Of a stretch of DNA of 64,000 bases, positions 38,801 through 50,800 are shown piece by piece. Source of the stretch: Candidatus Omnitrophota bacterium. GTDB taxonomy: Bacteria; Omnitrophota; Omnitrophia; Omnitrophales; Aquincolibacteriaceae. The stretch is taken from positions 2,835-66,834 of the forward strand of contig JAUYMS010000034.1 of assembly GCA_030698625.1 (NCBI GenBank), in the 5' to 3' direction. Position 1 is the first letter of the stretch, and each line of letters starts with the position of its first letter. The notes below the pieces were generated by a model. The model had not been told where the DNA came from. It worked only from the letters and a program-made list of their open reading frames with translations, and did no database searches. Made by a program: the position numbers and the translations under genes.

Positions 38801-41800
38801 CGTCCATCAGGGCCGCGATCTGGATTTCTCCCTTTATCTTCTCCAAGGCTGCGTTGTAAGCGCGGGCATCACGCCAGAAATCTTCTTCATTAAAGACTTC
38901 GCCAAAGCCTACGGAGTTTCGGCGTTCCTCGAGCGCTTCGGGACTGCTGCTCTCGCGGAATCTTTTGACTTCTTTATTAAAGCGCTTAAATGCGGTACCG
39001 CCGGAATCGATCGCAAGACCCGCCTCGAACTCTGCGGCCTCGTCCAGGTGCCAGCCGCCTTGAATGAGGTTTAGGGCATCCGCCACTTCGAGATTATGCT
39101 TCCGGGTAAGTTCGAGGAATTCCTTGTGACCGAGAGTGGTGTGGATCGGGTTCTTGGACAGGAGTTTCTCACGGACATCCTTCTTATTGAGATCGGTATT
39201 CTTGTCGGCCAAGCCGATTTGCGTAAGGCGATCCTTGTAAGCAGTGAGAACCTCCATCTGAAAGGCCACGAGAGGATCGGCCGCCTTCTTCAGATCTTCA
39301 AAAATCTCCTCACCGAAGAATTTGACGGACTGCTTCTGCGTCGCATAAGTCTTCTTGAAATCCGCGATACAGGCCGGCGCACAGCTCAGATCCTTCTCCC
39401 ATTCTTCGAGCTGATGCTCAAGCTGCTTCTTTTGCTGCTCTATCTGGACAAGTTTGTCCTTGTCCTTCTCATTTTCTTTGAGCTTGTCGAGATAATCAAA
39501 GTTCTGCTGGAAGTTTGAGTACTTCTGGTAATCCCCGAGCACCGACGGCCCGTACTTTTTCTTGCGGACGAGGGCCTGGATGGAATCTTTGGCCTTCTCC
39601 TGATATCGCTCCTGAACGCTCTTCTGCAACGACTGGTCTTTCTTCACGCGGTTCAGGGCTTCGCGGTCCCTCACGAGAGCGAAGTATTTGTCGATCGTTT
39701 CTTTGGACGGATTGTTTTCGGGCGCCAGGGCGATACGGGCGCGTGTCCACAAGCTGGTCGCTTCATCGTCGGCAAGGGCCGCAATACGCGAGCGCAGCCA
39801 CTTCGCTTCGGCATGGCGGTCCACCAAACCGAGCAAGATCCCCTTGAAGAAATAGCTGAGGTAGAACTTAGCACCCACAAACGGGGGCTTCGCATTCCCT
39901 TCCGCATCAAAAAGCGTACTCCGCGTATAGTAACCGCTCAATGCCTTGTAAAGGCCGACAAGAGAGCCGACGCCGACCAACGGGTACCAGACATAGCTGC
40001 TGCCGAGCACTCCCACAACCGTCTTACCAAGAGCAAATGTCGCCGCCGTACCGAGAGCACCTTTAACCGCCGCGAATGCCGTTACGAGCCAGCCGATGAG
40101 CGGGAACGAGAATCCCAATCCGAGCCCCGTCGCAATGGCCGGCAGGCCGAAAACCAAAAGTGCGCCGATGCCGGCTAGCGCCAGCCAGAAGAGCGGGCTG
40201 CGGGCAAAACCAAGCAGGTATGTCTCGATGTTCCGCACGGCACGGAATTGTGAGATCAGCAGAAGCGCCGCCAAAACCGCTGCAACAATCATCGAAACGC
40301 TAACGAGCACCGCGCCTCCGAGGAAGAATCCCCCGGCCAAGAGTCCTGCCGCTAGGCCGATCTCGAGGGTACGGCGGAGCGGCGTCACATGGGTGATCTT
40401 GCCTTCCTTATCGATTCTGTCTAAGCGCTCCTTCGTCTTCTCGACGCGTGACGTAAAGAAGAACTTAATCTTCTCGACTGCGGCGGAGAAGAAGGCCTTG
40501 ATGCGCGTACCGAAGAAGAGGACGATGCCGGTAATGGCAAGCGCGCCCACCACAATAACGGTCGGCACGACGATCATGGCGAGCAGTGATCCGCCGGCAA
40601 TCACAGCCGCGCCGATGTTAAATAAGATGAATCCGAGCAGACCGAGACCGAGGCCCACCTTGCCGATTTTCAGAAGCGTCTCATTGCGTTTCGCACGGCG
40701 CAGTTCCCGGACCTGTTCTCGGGCGTCATTGCGCAGCTCGACAAGGCGTGCGGCGTCAAGCACGCCGCGCTCCGTGCCCTCCGTAACGATAACCGCGAGG
40801 GCAGCACGCTCCTGACGCAGCGACTGTTCGAAGAGTTCTTCGGTCTTGATCTGGTCGTCGGTGCGGTTCTGTCCATACCAGGCCGTCCATTCATCCGGCA
40901 GTATGGAATCGAGGACCTTTTCGGCACCCCGCCGCAATAGCATGCGTAAAATAAAGAAGAAGCGTGCAACCTTCGTGTCGGGGACTCTAATCCGCTCCGG
41001 CAGAATACTCGTCCAGGCGCCGAAGAAATCACCATAGGACTCGGCGCGAATGCCTAACGCCCCGCGGTAGATCACGCGCCGCTCGGAACGCAAAGCGAGG
41101 TTGGTCTTGCGGAGGTTTGCGCGGACACTCGCAGGCACGTCGGTAAAGGCGGCATGTGAAACTTCTTGGTTTAGAGCCGCCAGCGCGTCGCGGGTTGCGC
41201 CCACATCGCCGCTGCTTGCTGCCGCGCGCACGCGCGCAATCCCGTTAATAACCCCGGCCAGACGTGTACGCTGTGCTGCCGGCAGTCGGTCGAGCGCGGC
41301 CTTCGACTGCCCGAGGGCCGTATCGATGCCGCTTTCAGCCGCATCCGTAAGCGTCGCCGCCGGCCGCAGGCTCTCCTTCTGGCGGCGCGAGAGACGTGAG
41401 GTATTGATGCCCGACAGGATATCGCCGGCACCCTGAGTGAGGTCGATGCCTTCGATGTCTTCCGCATTAATGTAGGAATCTTCAATCAAGTAACCGCTGC
41501 CGATGTCGGCAAGGACCGTCGAACCATTGATCGTGGTATCGTCACCGATGGTCACGTCGTCGCCGATGATCGTGGTGCGCTGTTTGAACTTGTCCTTATC
41601 GTCCTTCTTCTTATCGGGATTGATCTCACGATTGCGCAGACGCACATTGCGGCCGATTTGCACGCGACGGCCGACCACCACACCTTCGCCGACAACCGAG
41701 TTCTTACCGATAACGGTCGGACGCTCACGGTCACCGTCCTTGATGGTGGCGCCCCGGCGTACCACTGAGTTCGCTTCGAGGCGGACATTGCGGCCGATCT

Positions 41801-44800
41801 TGGCCTGAGCCTGAATCACCACACCGCTTGAAATATAGACACTTTCATCAATTTCGGCGAACGTGTCGACATGCACAAACGCAAAACCGCCGTCATCAGC
41901 TTTAACCCACCGCAGTTTGCCGCGTTCCACGTCGATCTGTGTCTTGAGACTCTTGAGCTCGGCCGACACCTCGATGGCCGCGGCCGTATGGCCCTGCTCG
42001 AGTTGCTGCAGCATCGGGTCGGCGGCCACCATCTGTTCATAAGTTTGCCCGTAGACCGCCCGCACAACGAGATCGCCGTCATTGCCGGCCTCGGTCCGCT
42101 CGCGCAGGCCATAGAAGTTGATCCCGCCCGAGGTAATGCGGCCGACGCTCAGGGAGTCAACCCGGTTAAGCAGAGCCTCGGGATTCTGAATGAGAGCCCG
42201 GCGCTCGTCTTCATTGAGTTCGAGCCGGATACGCGGCTTTCCGGGCTGCCTGATGACAACTGTGATCCTGCGGTCAGAGCAGTCACCGGCGCCGCCGCAC
42301 ACCGCCGAGCGATCAAGTTCGCGCAATGCGAGGATGGCGTTGGAAAGCGCCCGGCTGGTGGACTCGCTCGAAGTATTTTCCGTATCAACCGTAACCGTCG
42401 CACCGGCATCGGTACGTTCCACAATCACAACGTCCTCGGCCGTATGGACAGACGTTGCTGCACCGGCTTCGGTTTCAGTGGATTCAACAGCAGGAGCGGC
42501 GCGTTCGGCTCGTTCATCCTCAGCAATACGGATCACGATAGGTTCATACTCTCGCACCGACTCAACCGTATTATTGTATTGAACATTCCGAATCACTTTG
42601 AGTTCACCTGCAGGCGTCTTTAGCTGCGCCTGGCGGTTGCCTTCGAGCACGTTGCCGAGACCGCCTTTTACGACCGTCTGCGTCGCCACGATCTTGGTGG
42701 CCCGGTTTCCGACGAGTGCCGCGGCATTAAAGCCGATCGCGGCCAGAATCGCCGGAATAAGCGGCAGCCCCAGCAGAACCGCTGCGCCTGCTCCGGCGCC
42801 TATCACGGCCAGCCCAAGCAGCAGTACAACGGCAATAGCGCCGCGCTTGCCGATACGGTTCTGCAATGCGCTGAATCCCAGATACCCGGCAGTCACGCCG
42901 ACGAGAAGGCCGAGGACGGTACCGGCGAGTATGACCTGCGCGAAGAGAATTCCGGCCACAATTAAGCTGCCGAACGCCGCCGCCAATCCTCCGGTAAGGG
43001 CTAGTGTGCGCAGGAAGCTGAAGCCTGCGGCACCGGCCTCCTGAATCCGGGCACGGAAACTCCCGAGACCCACGAGGTCCATAATCCGTCCGATCGTATT
43101 GCGTATAAGCCAGTTGAGACCCAAGCGGCTGCTCAGCGTCGGCAGTACCGACAAGACGAGTCCCGCGCCGAAAACAATACCGGCAACAAGTAAGACACCG
43201 AATGGCGCAAGGAAGAAGCTGACGGCGGCCGCTACAAGCGCGCCGGCAACGGCAATACCGCCGATCACACCTGTGCGTCCGCGGAAGCGATTGAGCGCGC
43301 GGCCGACCTTGCTCAAGTCTTTCGGCGCCGTCGCATCCGCTACGTCGGCGGCCAAACCGGGGTGAGCTTTCTTGAGCTGGTCCAAGGCATCCGCGACGGT
43401 ACGCTCGCGGACTGCACCCAACGCCAGCGCGGCCTGTAGGCCCTGCACGCCAAGGTAAGAACCTTCGCGGCCGAGGCTGCGAAACTCGACGGCGCAACTC
43501 GAACAGCTGTTCAACACCGATCGCGCGGCAGTCTCTGCTTCGGAACCGATAATACTCTTAAGTGAAACATTAAGCGGCACTCCCGATTCCCGGACCGCGA
43601 TCAACACCTGGGCCGCACGGCGGGCTTTTAACGCATGGTCGGTAAGCGTGTCCTGGTCGGCGATAAACTGATTCAGGATATCCGCCAAGAGTGTCTGCTT
43701 CGCCTCTTCGCTGAGTGTTTTGTCGTTGCTGATCTCTTCACGGATGCGGCTGACAAATTCATTCTCGAGGCGGCTCTCGGCATTGTGAATCCCCCGGACC
43801 TCAAGATTACGCCGCTTCTGTTCCGACTGTTCCTCCAGCTTCAGAGAATGTTCGTAGGCGCCGTTGATCAACGCGCGGCCGAGGTTGTCGATATACTCGC
43901 GTTCGGAAACAGCTTCTTCAGCCAGCAGGCGGAGGCGGTAGGCTTCGGCACGGCGCGCCGCTACATCGTGGTCTCTGCCCTCTTCGGTAAATAGCGGTGT
44001 CCCGGTCGTCTTAGTGCGTTCGCCGCGTATACGGTTCAGTTTATCGATACGTTGCGCGTTCGCATAGCGCCTCGCATCGTCGACGCGCGCGGCGTCGACA
44101 AGTCGGTAACCGAAAGCTTTGAGTTTCGCTTCAACTTCACTGGCATTCTCGGCGGTGACTTCCGTCTCAAGCGAACCCTCGCGGCCGATGGCAAACTGCC
44201 AACCGAGCGCGCGCAGCTTGCCGTTCAACCACGACAGAGCCGCGGCCTGACCGCTGTTTTGGGCACGGGTTCTATAGTCGCTGAAAAGCTGCGTCACTGC
44301 ACTCGTGACTGCGCGATGACTGAAATAGGAATCCTCCGCTGACCCAAGACCAGCCACGACCTTCTTGTACTCCTGTTGGATCTGCGCAGGCGTTCCGCGA
44401 AACGCTTCGAGCCTCTTCGCTTCCTGCAGATAGCCGAGCCCGCGCAAGAAGCGGCCCAACCGTCTCTGTAAGAGTTGCGCGTTGCCCTGAACTTTTCGGC
44501 CGAGACGCAAACGCTCGACGCGGCTCTTGAAAAAGCCCTTAATTTCACGATCGCCGTTGGTCTGCCGGTCGCCTGCGATGACATACTCATTCAACGCCTG
44601 CTTCTCGCTCGTGAGTGTCACGCTCATGCGGCTATAGTTCAACTTGACGGTATAACGTTCATTACCGATCTCAAGCGTCTTGCCGTCAGTCAACTGATAA
44701 TTAACGCCGCCGACCTTGAGACCTGTAATCTGACCGTCCTTGTATGTAAAGTCAAAATTTTGTCCGTTCTCCTGAACAACCTGACTACCGCTCGCATCAG

Positions 44801-47800
44801 CATCACTGCCGCTCTTATCAGCAGGGACGCTGAATTGTACACGGGTATTTCCGTTTTGATACTGCTGGTATGCCGCCTCACCCTTGGATGCCAGATACTC
44901 GGTAGTCGAGACCGCGCCGTTTTTCTGCTCACCTTCAAATTGTGAGAACTTCTGTGACTCCTTAGCGCGGGCATTAAACTCGACCTTGCCGGGCAGGTGG
45001 TCGATCAGAATGCGGTCAGCCGTGGCTTCGGTCGTATTCCTGCGCGCCTGGCTGAGAAGCGCTTCGAGCTTGGCCCGCTTTACGTCGAGCTTGCGTTCAA
45101 GCCCCGTCGTGTCGCGTCCTTTAGCGCGAGCGGCCTCGACCTTTTGCTGCAAGGCGAAGTACTGAGCCAATGTTTTCTTAAAGAGCGCAAAGCTAGCGGC
45201 ATCGGCTTTCGTTCCCGGCAGGTTTTCAAAGCCGAGCGCCACAATCTCATTTACGTCCCACTCATTGACATAAATCTCACCGACGCGGCCGGGCGCTTCA
45301 TTGCGGCCGGAACGCGCCACTGCCTGCTCGAAGTCAAAGAGGTTGCGGCTTGCGCCCACGGCATAACCCAGTTCCCCGTAGGCGTAGCTGACACTAAACT
45401 TGTCGAAGAATTCTGCGACATGCGTTCGATACGCCGCTTCGATCTCTTGCGGCGTCGCCGAACTCTCAAGGCCGAGCTTCTCAAGAAGGCTCGTACGCGC
45501 ATCACCGCTTGTCGCTTGCGCTTTGGCTACCGCGGCATTCCCAGTTTCGGCACTAAACTTATCAAGAAGCTTCATCACATCGTCACGCGTCAACTCATCC
45601 GTGACCGGCAGTCCGACGCTGCTGCGCAAACCGTTGATAAAGTCGAGAACCTTCTGCCGTTCCGCCTCGGAATAACCGGCGAGTACTTCACTCAGCTTGA
45701 CTGTTGCCGTCTTATCGTTCAGGTTCTCACGCAGCGCATCCTGCAGAAGCAAGCGCTGCAAATGATGGAGCTTCTCCAATTGCTCGGTCTGCTCATTGGC
45801 GCTGTAACCTGCCTGACGCAGCAGCTCGCGCAGGCTTCGTTCCACGCTCTTGTCCCTGTCTCCGCTCTTGACGCTTTGTGAAAAGGAAGCGAAAGGCGGC
45901 ACGAAGTTCGTACCACGGCTGACATTATTCGAGGCAAAAACGACACCGCGCAGGAGACCGCCGTCTTTACCTTCCTTGCGGCCATAGTCACTTTGAGATC
46001 CGTCGAGAAGGTAGATGCGGCCGGCACTGAGAGACAGGTCCTCGAGACCGTGCAGGGCCGTAAGTAAATCGAAATCCGTCCGCACACGCGAACGCAGGTT
46101 GGAGAAAAAGCGGCGCACGGCATTATTGAGTGCCGGCTTCGCGGTCGCATCACCCCACTTGCTGCTCAACTCTTGAAGCAGGTTCTCGAGTTCGGCCAGC
46201 ATGGCCGTGATTTCAGCGTCCGTGAGACCCAGTTTCGTCTGGTTTGCCCTGAGCGTGGCCTCCGCCTGCGCCTTCACATTGGCAATGTAACTCTTTACAT
46301 ATTTGCGATAGGCCTGCTGGGCTTGTTCCGGCGACTTAAAGAACAGACGCGAGATCGTGCGGTAGTTCTTCTGTGCATCGGCCACCAGGTCGGCGATAAC
46401 CCGGTCCACTTCTGCCGCCGTCGTAAATTTGGTCTCATTGATAAATCGCGCACGCCTAATATGGGTATCGAAGTTTAGATAGTCCTCCGGGCTCGCGATG
46501 ATCTTGAACGCGGCCGCTAGCTTCAGGAAGGCCTTATCCTCCGTCTGGATGAAGGCCTGATCACGACTGCCGGAAGGTATGGATTTCACGGATGCCAGGA
46601 CCGTACCGCTCGATCCACTGAGGTCCATGCTACCATCCTCGAAACGCCGCGTCTTCATCTCAAAAACCACAAGACTGTCATTCTCACCGCTGGTCTTGCT
46701 TTCCGCTTCGACCTTAAGGACACCGCCGTTGTCAAAAACCAGGGACTGGAAAGCGGCTTCCAAAATAGTGCCGCCGAAATTGCTTTCGCGCTGCGTCGAG
46801 ACACCTTCGTTGCTCATCACGCGCACTTCATAGACGGGCGTACCGCTCTCGTCAATCTTGTCGCCTTTGGCATCTTCAGCCACTTTGAACCCGAAATCCT
46901 TGCCCGCACGGCGAGCCAGTAGGATCTCGAGACTGCGGCGCAGGAGCATCTCGAAAGCCTTGTCGGGATTCTGCAGCTGCTTGCGTTCCTCTTCACTGAG
47001 AAGCAAGTTGGAGTTGTCGAGTCCGAGCTGGGCAAAGAAATCTTGAACGTTACCCCCTCGGCTTTCGACGCGTTGCACAAATTTCTTGTAGAGTTCCTTC
47101 GACTTCTTGCTGAACTCGTCGGTCGTGCGCAGGCTTAACCGGCCGTCAGTCCCCTCGGAATCTTCAAGGACAAAAAGCGTGCCCGGTTCTGTACGGCTCA
47201 AGAGCCGACGTGCGGTGCGGGCCCACTTCTCATGGGTGCGCTCAGTCGCACTTTCGGTGCGGATGCCGAGGTCCTGCTCCACGAGTTCCTGAGCAAAGCC
47301 GAGAAGAGTGCCGAAGTTTTCGACATTCTTCTTCGCAAGACTGCGGCCCCCTTCCGCATTGATATAACGCATCAGGATCATAAAGATGGCGTCAATTTCG
47401 TCCACGCTCAGGATGTATGAGTCGTCCGAGAGGTTCTTGTCGTTAGGCGCACTGCTCTGGTCTTCTAAATACGCAAACTGATAGTCGGAAATCGATATGT
47501 ACAGGACGCGCGGCTTTTGTTCCTTGTTTGAAAATGCCTGTTTGAAGGTATCCCTGCCCATCTTGTTCTTCTTGAGGCCGTAGGTTTCAATACCGAATGC
47601 CGCATAAACGGCCTGGTTTTCATTCAAGAGGTCGTCGCTTACGGCCTGTTCGGTATGCAGGAGATGAGCCACGGTAGGCCCGACAAAGGCCTTCAGAATA
47701 TTTCGGAAGAGCAGTGTGCCGGTCTTACCCTGCGCGGTCGGGATACCGCTAAGGATGCCCTGAATCAAGGCCGCGCCTTCTACCAGCTGAATGCCGCGAA

Positions 47801-50800
47801 CCGAATAGTCGAATGCCGCATTGAAGTGGCGCTGGGCAATGGTCCCGGCCACGAGGAACTTGAAGACGATATCGTTCGGAATTTCCCGGCCCTGAATTTC
47901 TTTCGCTTTGTGATACTCATTACCGAGGGCTTTCAGTTGGGCCGCGAGGAGTTGTTTCAGAGAGTCGGAGGCATTAAAGAGTTCGTGAACCGCATTGAGG
48001 GTATCAACCGCCGCCTGTTCTTGGCTGCTGAGGAAGACAGATCCCTTGTCGTCATACAGCCCGCGCTTGCCCTGTTCGACGAGCTCGCGGAGCAGTGTGC
48101 GAAGCGCTGCCTCTTTCTCCGCCTCTGAACGTGCCGTATCGAAAAGGATATCCCGCACGCCCGCAAGCCTGTTGCGCAGAGGCTCCGGCAAGGCATCGAA
48201 ATCCGCGGCCGACAACTTTCCATTTTTAAGGGCCTTCAAGAGAAGCTTCACTTTGATGTCAAACTCTGCCAGTTGTTCGAGATAGATCGCCTTCTTCGCG
48301 CGCGCAGAAGTCTCTGCGTCATCACCCTTCAGTTGGAGCAGGCGCTCCCTCTCAGTAAAGGAGGCGATATCGTCCTTGTTTTCTTCAATACGAAGGTACT
48401 TGCTATCGAAGGCATCGGCCTCTTTGGCGGCTTCGACCCCTTCGACCAAGTCAGTCAGTTCAATGGACCGCGGGTTGTCCGGCGTGAGCTTGGCGTTCTC
48501 ACCGACCAGCCCTTCCAGGCTTCGGATGCGGCGTGAGAGTCGATCATTCTGGATCTGTAGTTCACGCTGGCGCAGAGGATTACGCAATTCATCTCCGGCC
48601 TTCAATTGCGGCCCGATGACGTGCTCACGAAATTCCACGAAGTGGTCATGCAAGGCTTTGCCGGCTTTCTGGATTTCGCCCTCGGCTTCTTTGGCCTTCT
48701 TGAGCAGTTCTTTGGCTTCTTCCCTCAGGGTATTAAGAGTCGCGCGAAGCCTAACCTTGCTCGCGCGTGAACCCCGCGCGGCAAGGAGACTCTCGGTCTC
48801 TTTGACCTGCTCATCTACTGCAATGAGCTGTGCCCGGATGCGCGCGAGAACCCCATTAGCGGCGTCAAACTCCGACTCGAGGACATCGGCTCTGCGGTCC
48901 AGAGTCAGAACAATTTCATCCGTGCTAAGGACATTGCCGTCGGCATCGAATTCCGCCCTGAAGGCAATGCCCGTGCGGGCGTCTTCGACATAAACCACGA
49001 CCTTGCCGTCGAGGTAGAAGAGATCCGTCCCCGGCTTGAGCTCCCGGCCAAAACCGTTGACGCGGTGCCCGGCAATGTGACCCGTGTTGTCGAGAAAGGC
49101 CTTCTGGGCATTTTCGCCGTAGTTGCTGTAGCCGATTTCCTGCAGGCCGTCGGCGTCACGCCCGGCAAATGTGCGGAAACCAACCTCGTCCCCGTTTTCA
49201 TTAAAGAACCACACCGCATCCTGACCATTCAAACGGCCTTTGGCGATAAAACCGCCTGAGGCCGTCACACGCACGTCGCGCTCATCCACCTCGGCGCCGC
49301 GGTTCACGGTCAGATCCGCATGAAGTCTTTGACGCCGTTCCTCGAGCTCTTTTGCTTTACTCTCAGACCTTTTGGTCGTGCCTCGCGTCGCAGGATCTCT
49401 GCGATTCAGGAAGCGGTTCGTATCCCGGAGCAGCCGGTAACTGCCTGAAAGTGTCACGAGGAAGCCAAAACCGTCGAGCTTGGCGAGGGCCGCGAGGAGT
49501 TTCGCGCGCTGGTCCGGCGTGAGTGTCTTAAAGCGTTCGACATCGCCGTTGATAACGATGGCTTCCTGATCGGCAGCGGCAACTCCGGCGGCCGTCAGCT
49601 CCTGATGATGCAGCTCGTGGCCGGTGAAAAAGCCGAGCAGAAGCGACAACTCACCCGCGCTAAACTGACCGGAGAAAAGGCTCGCATCCAAACGGATCGT
49701 CCCGGTTGCAAATTCGAAGTCTGCAGGATGCGGGGCATTCTCAAGTATTTCAATCCTCAGATGGTTCGGAACCGCATGGCCAAGCGCGGCAAGCCTGGCG
49801 ATCGTCCGGTTCTGGAGGAGAATTGCCGTCACGATAAGGCGGCGGCGCTTCATCCCCTCGGCGTCGGTACCGATCCCGAGTGACACAAAAACGTCTTCAA
49901 GTTCCGCGAGCAGTTGACGCCGTGCGCTCAACACGTCCGTGACGCGGCCAAGTGCCCTGCGGTCAAGAACGATCGTGCCGGTAGCCGGGTCGATTGTCAC
50001 AAGACTTGAGCCCGAAACGGTAGGCGTTACACCCTCAAGAACATTGGTGCCTGCACCGCGGGTATCGGCGGTCAGAACCGGGAACGCGGCGGCGGCAGCG
50101 GTACTGCTCTCATCTCCCTCACGCAAAGCAGCACCTGCGTGGGCCGCGACATTTTCGGCTTCGCGGCGTTCGAGCTCGCTCAATTCGCGGCCTTCGGCCA
50201 GGCTCGCGTAAAGCGATTCCTGCAATGCCGCCGTGCGGACGGCAAGCTCGCTGAAGTGGTCTTGCAGGGTCCGGTCGCCGGCAGTCACCGCAACATACTC
50301 GGAACGGAACTCCTGTAACACGCCTTCGCCGGCAAGCGCGAGGTGAGCATTACTCTCACCCGTAGTGTCGAAACTGAGCGTAAGCGCATCATATTTGGCC
50401 TGGAACTGATTACGCGCAGTTTCGGTATTCCGCACTGCCGCTTCAAGGGCGGTACGGGCCGCCTGCACCTGGGCATAAGTGGCACCTTCGCCCCGGAGGT
50501 AGCTGCTATAGATCCCGCGGAACTTCGCGGCTGCTTCGCGCTGCGAGTCCGCAGCCGCTTCGTATTGATCGCGCAGAGCACGCAACACCGCAAGCTCCGA
50601 GGCACCGCGGCGGCTGAGGTCTTCGGCCGCGTGAGCATCGTCCTCGGTGAGCCTTATGGCCTCGTCGGTGACGGGCGCGGCATCAAGATCGATACCGGTA
50701 CGGCGGGCCTCGAGTCTGGCGCGGCCTTCCGAGAGGTTGTCTCTAGCTGCCTGCACCAAGGCGAGAAGCCCGGCAAGCTCGGCGTCAGTGAGATTGCCTC

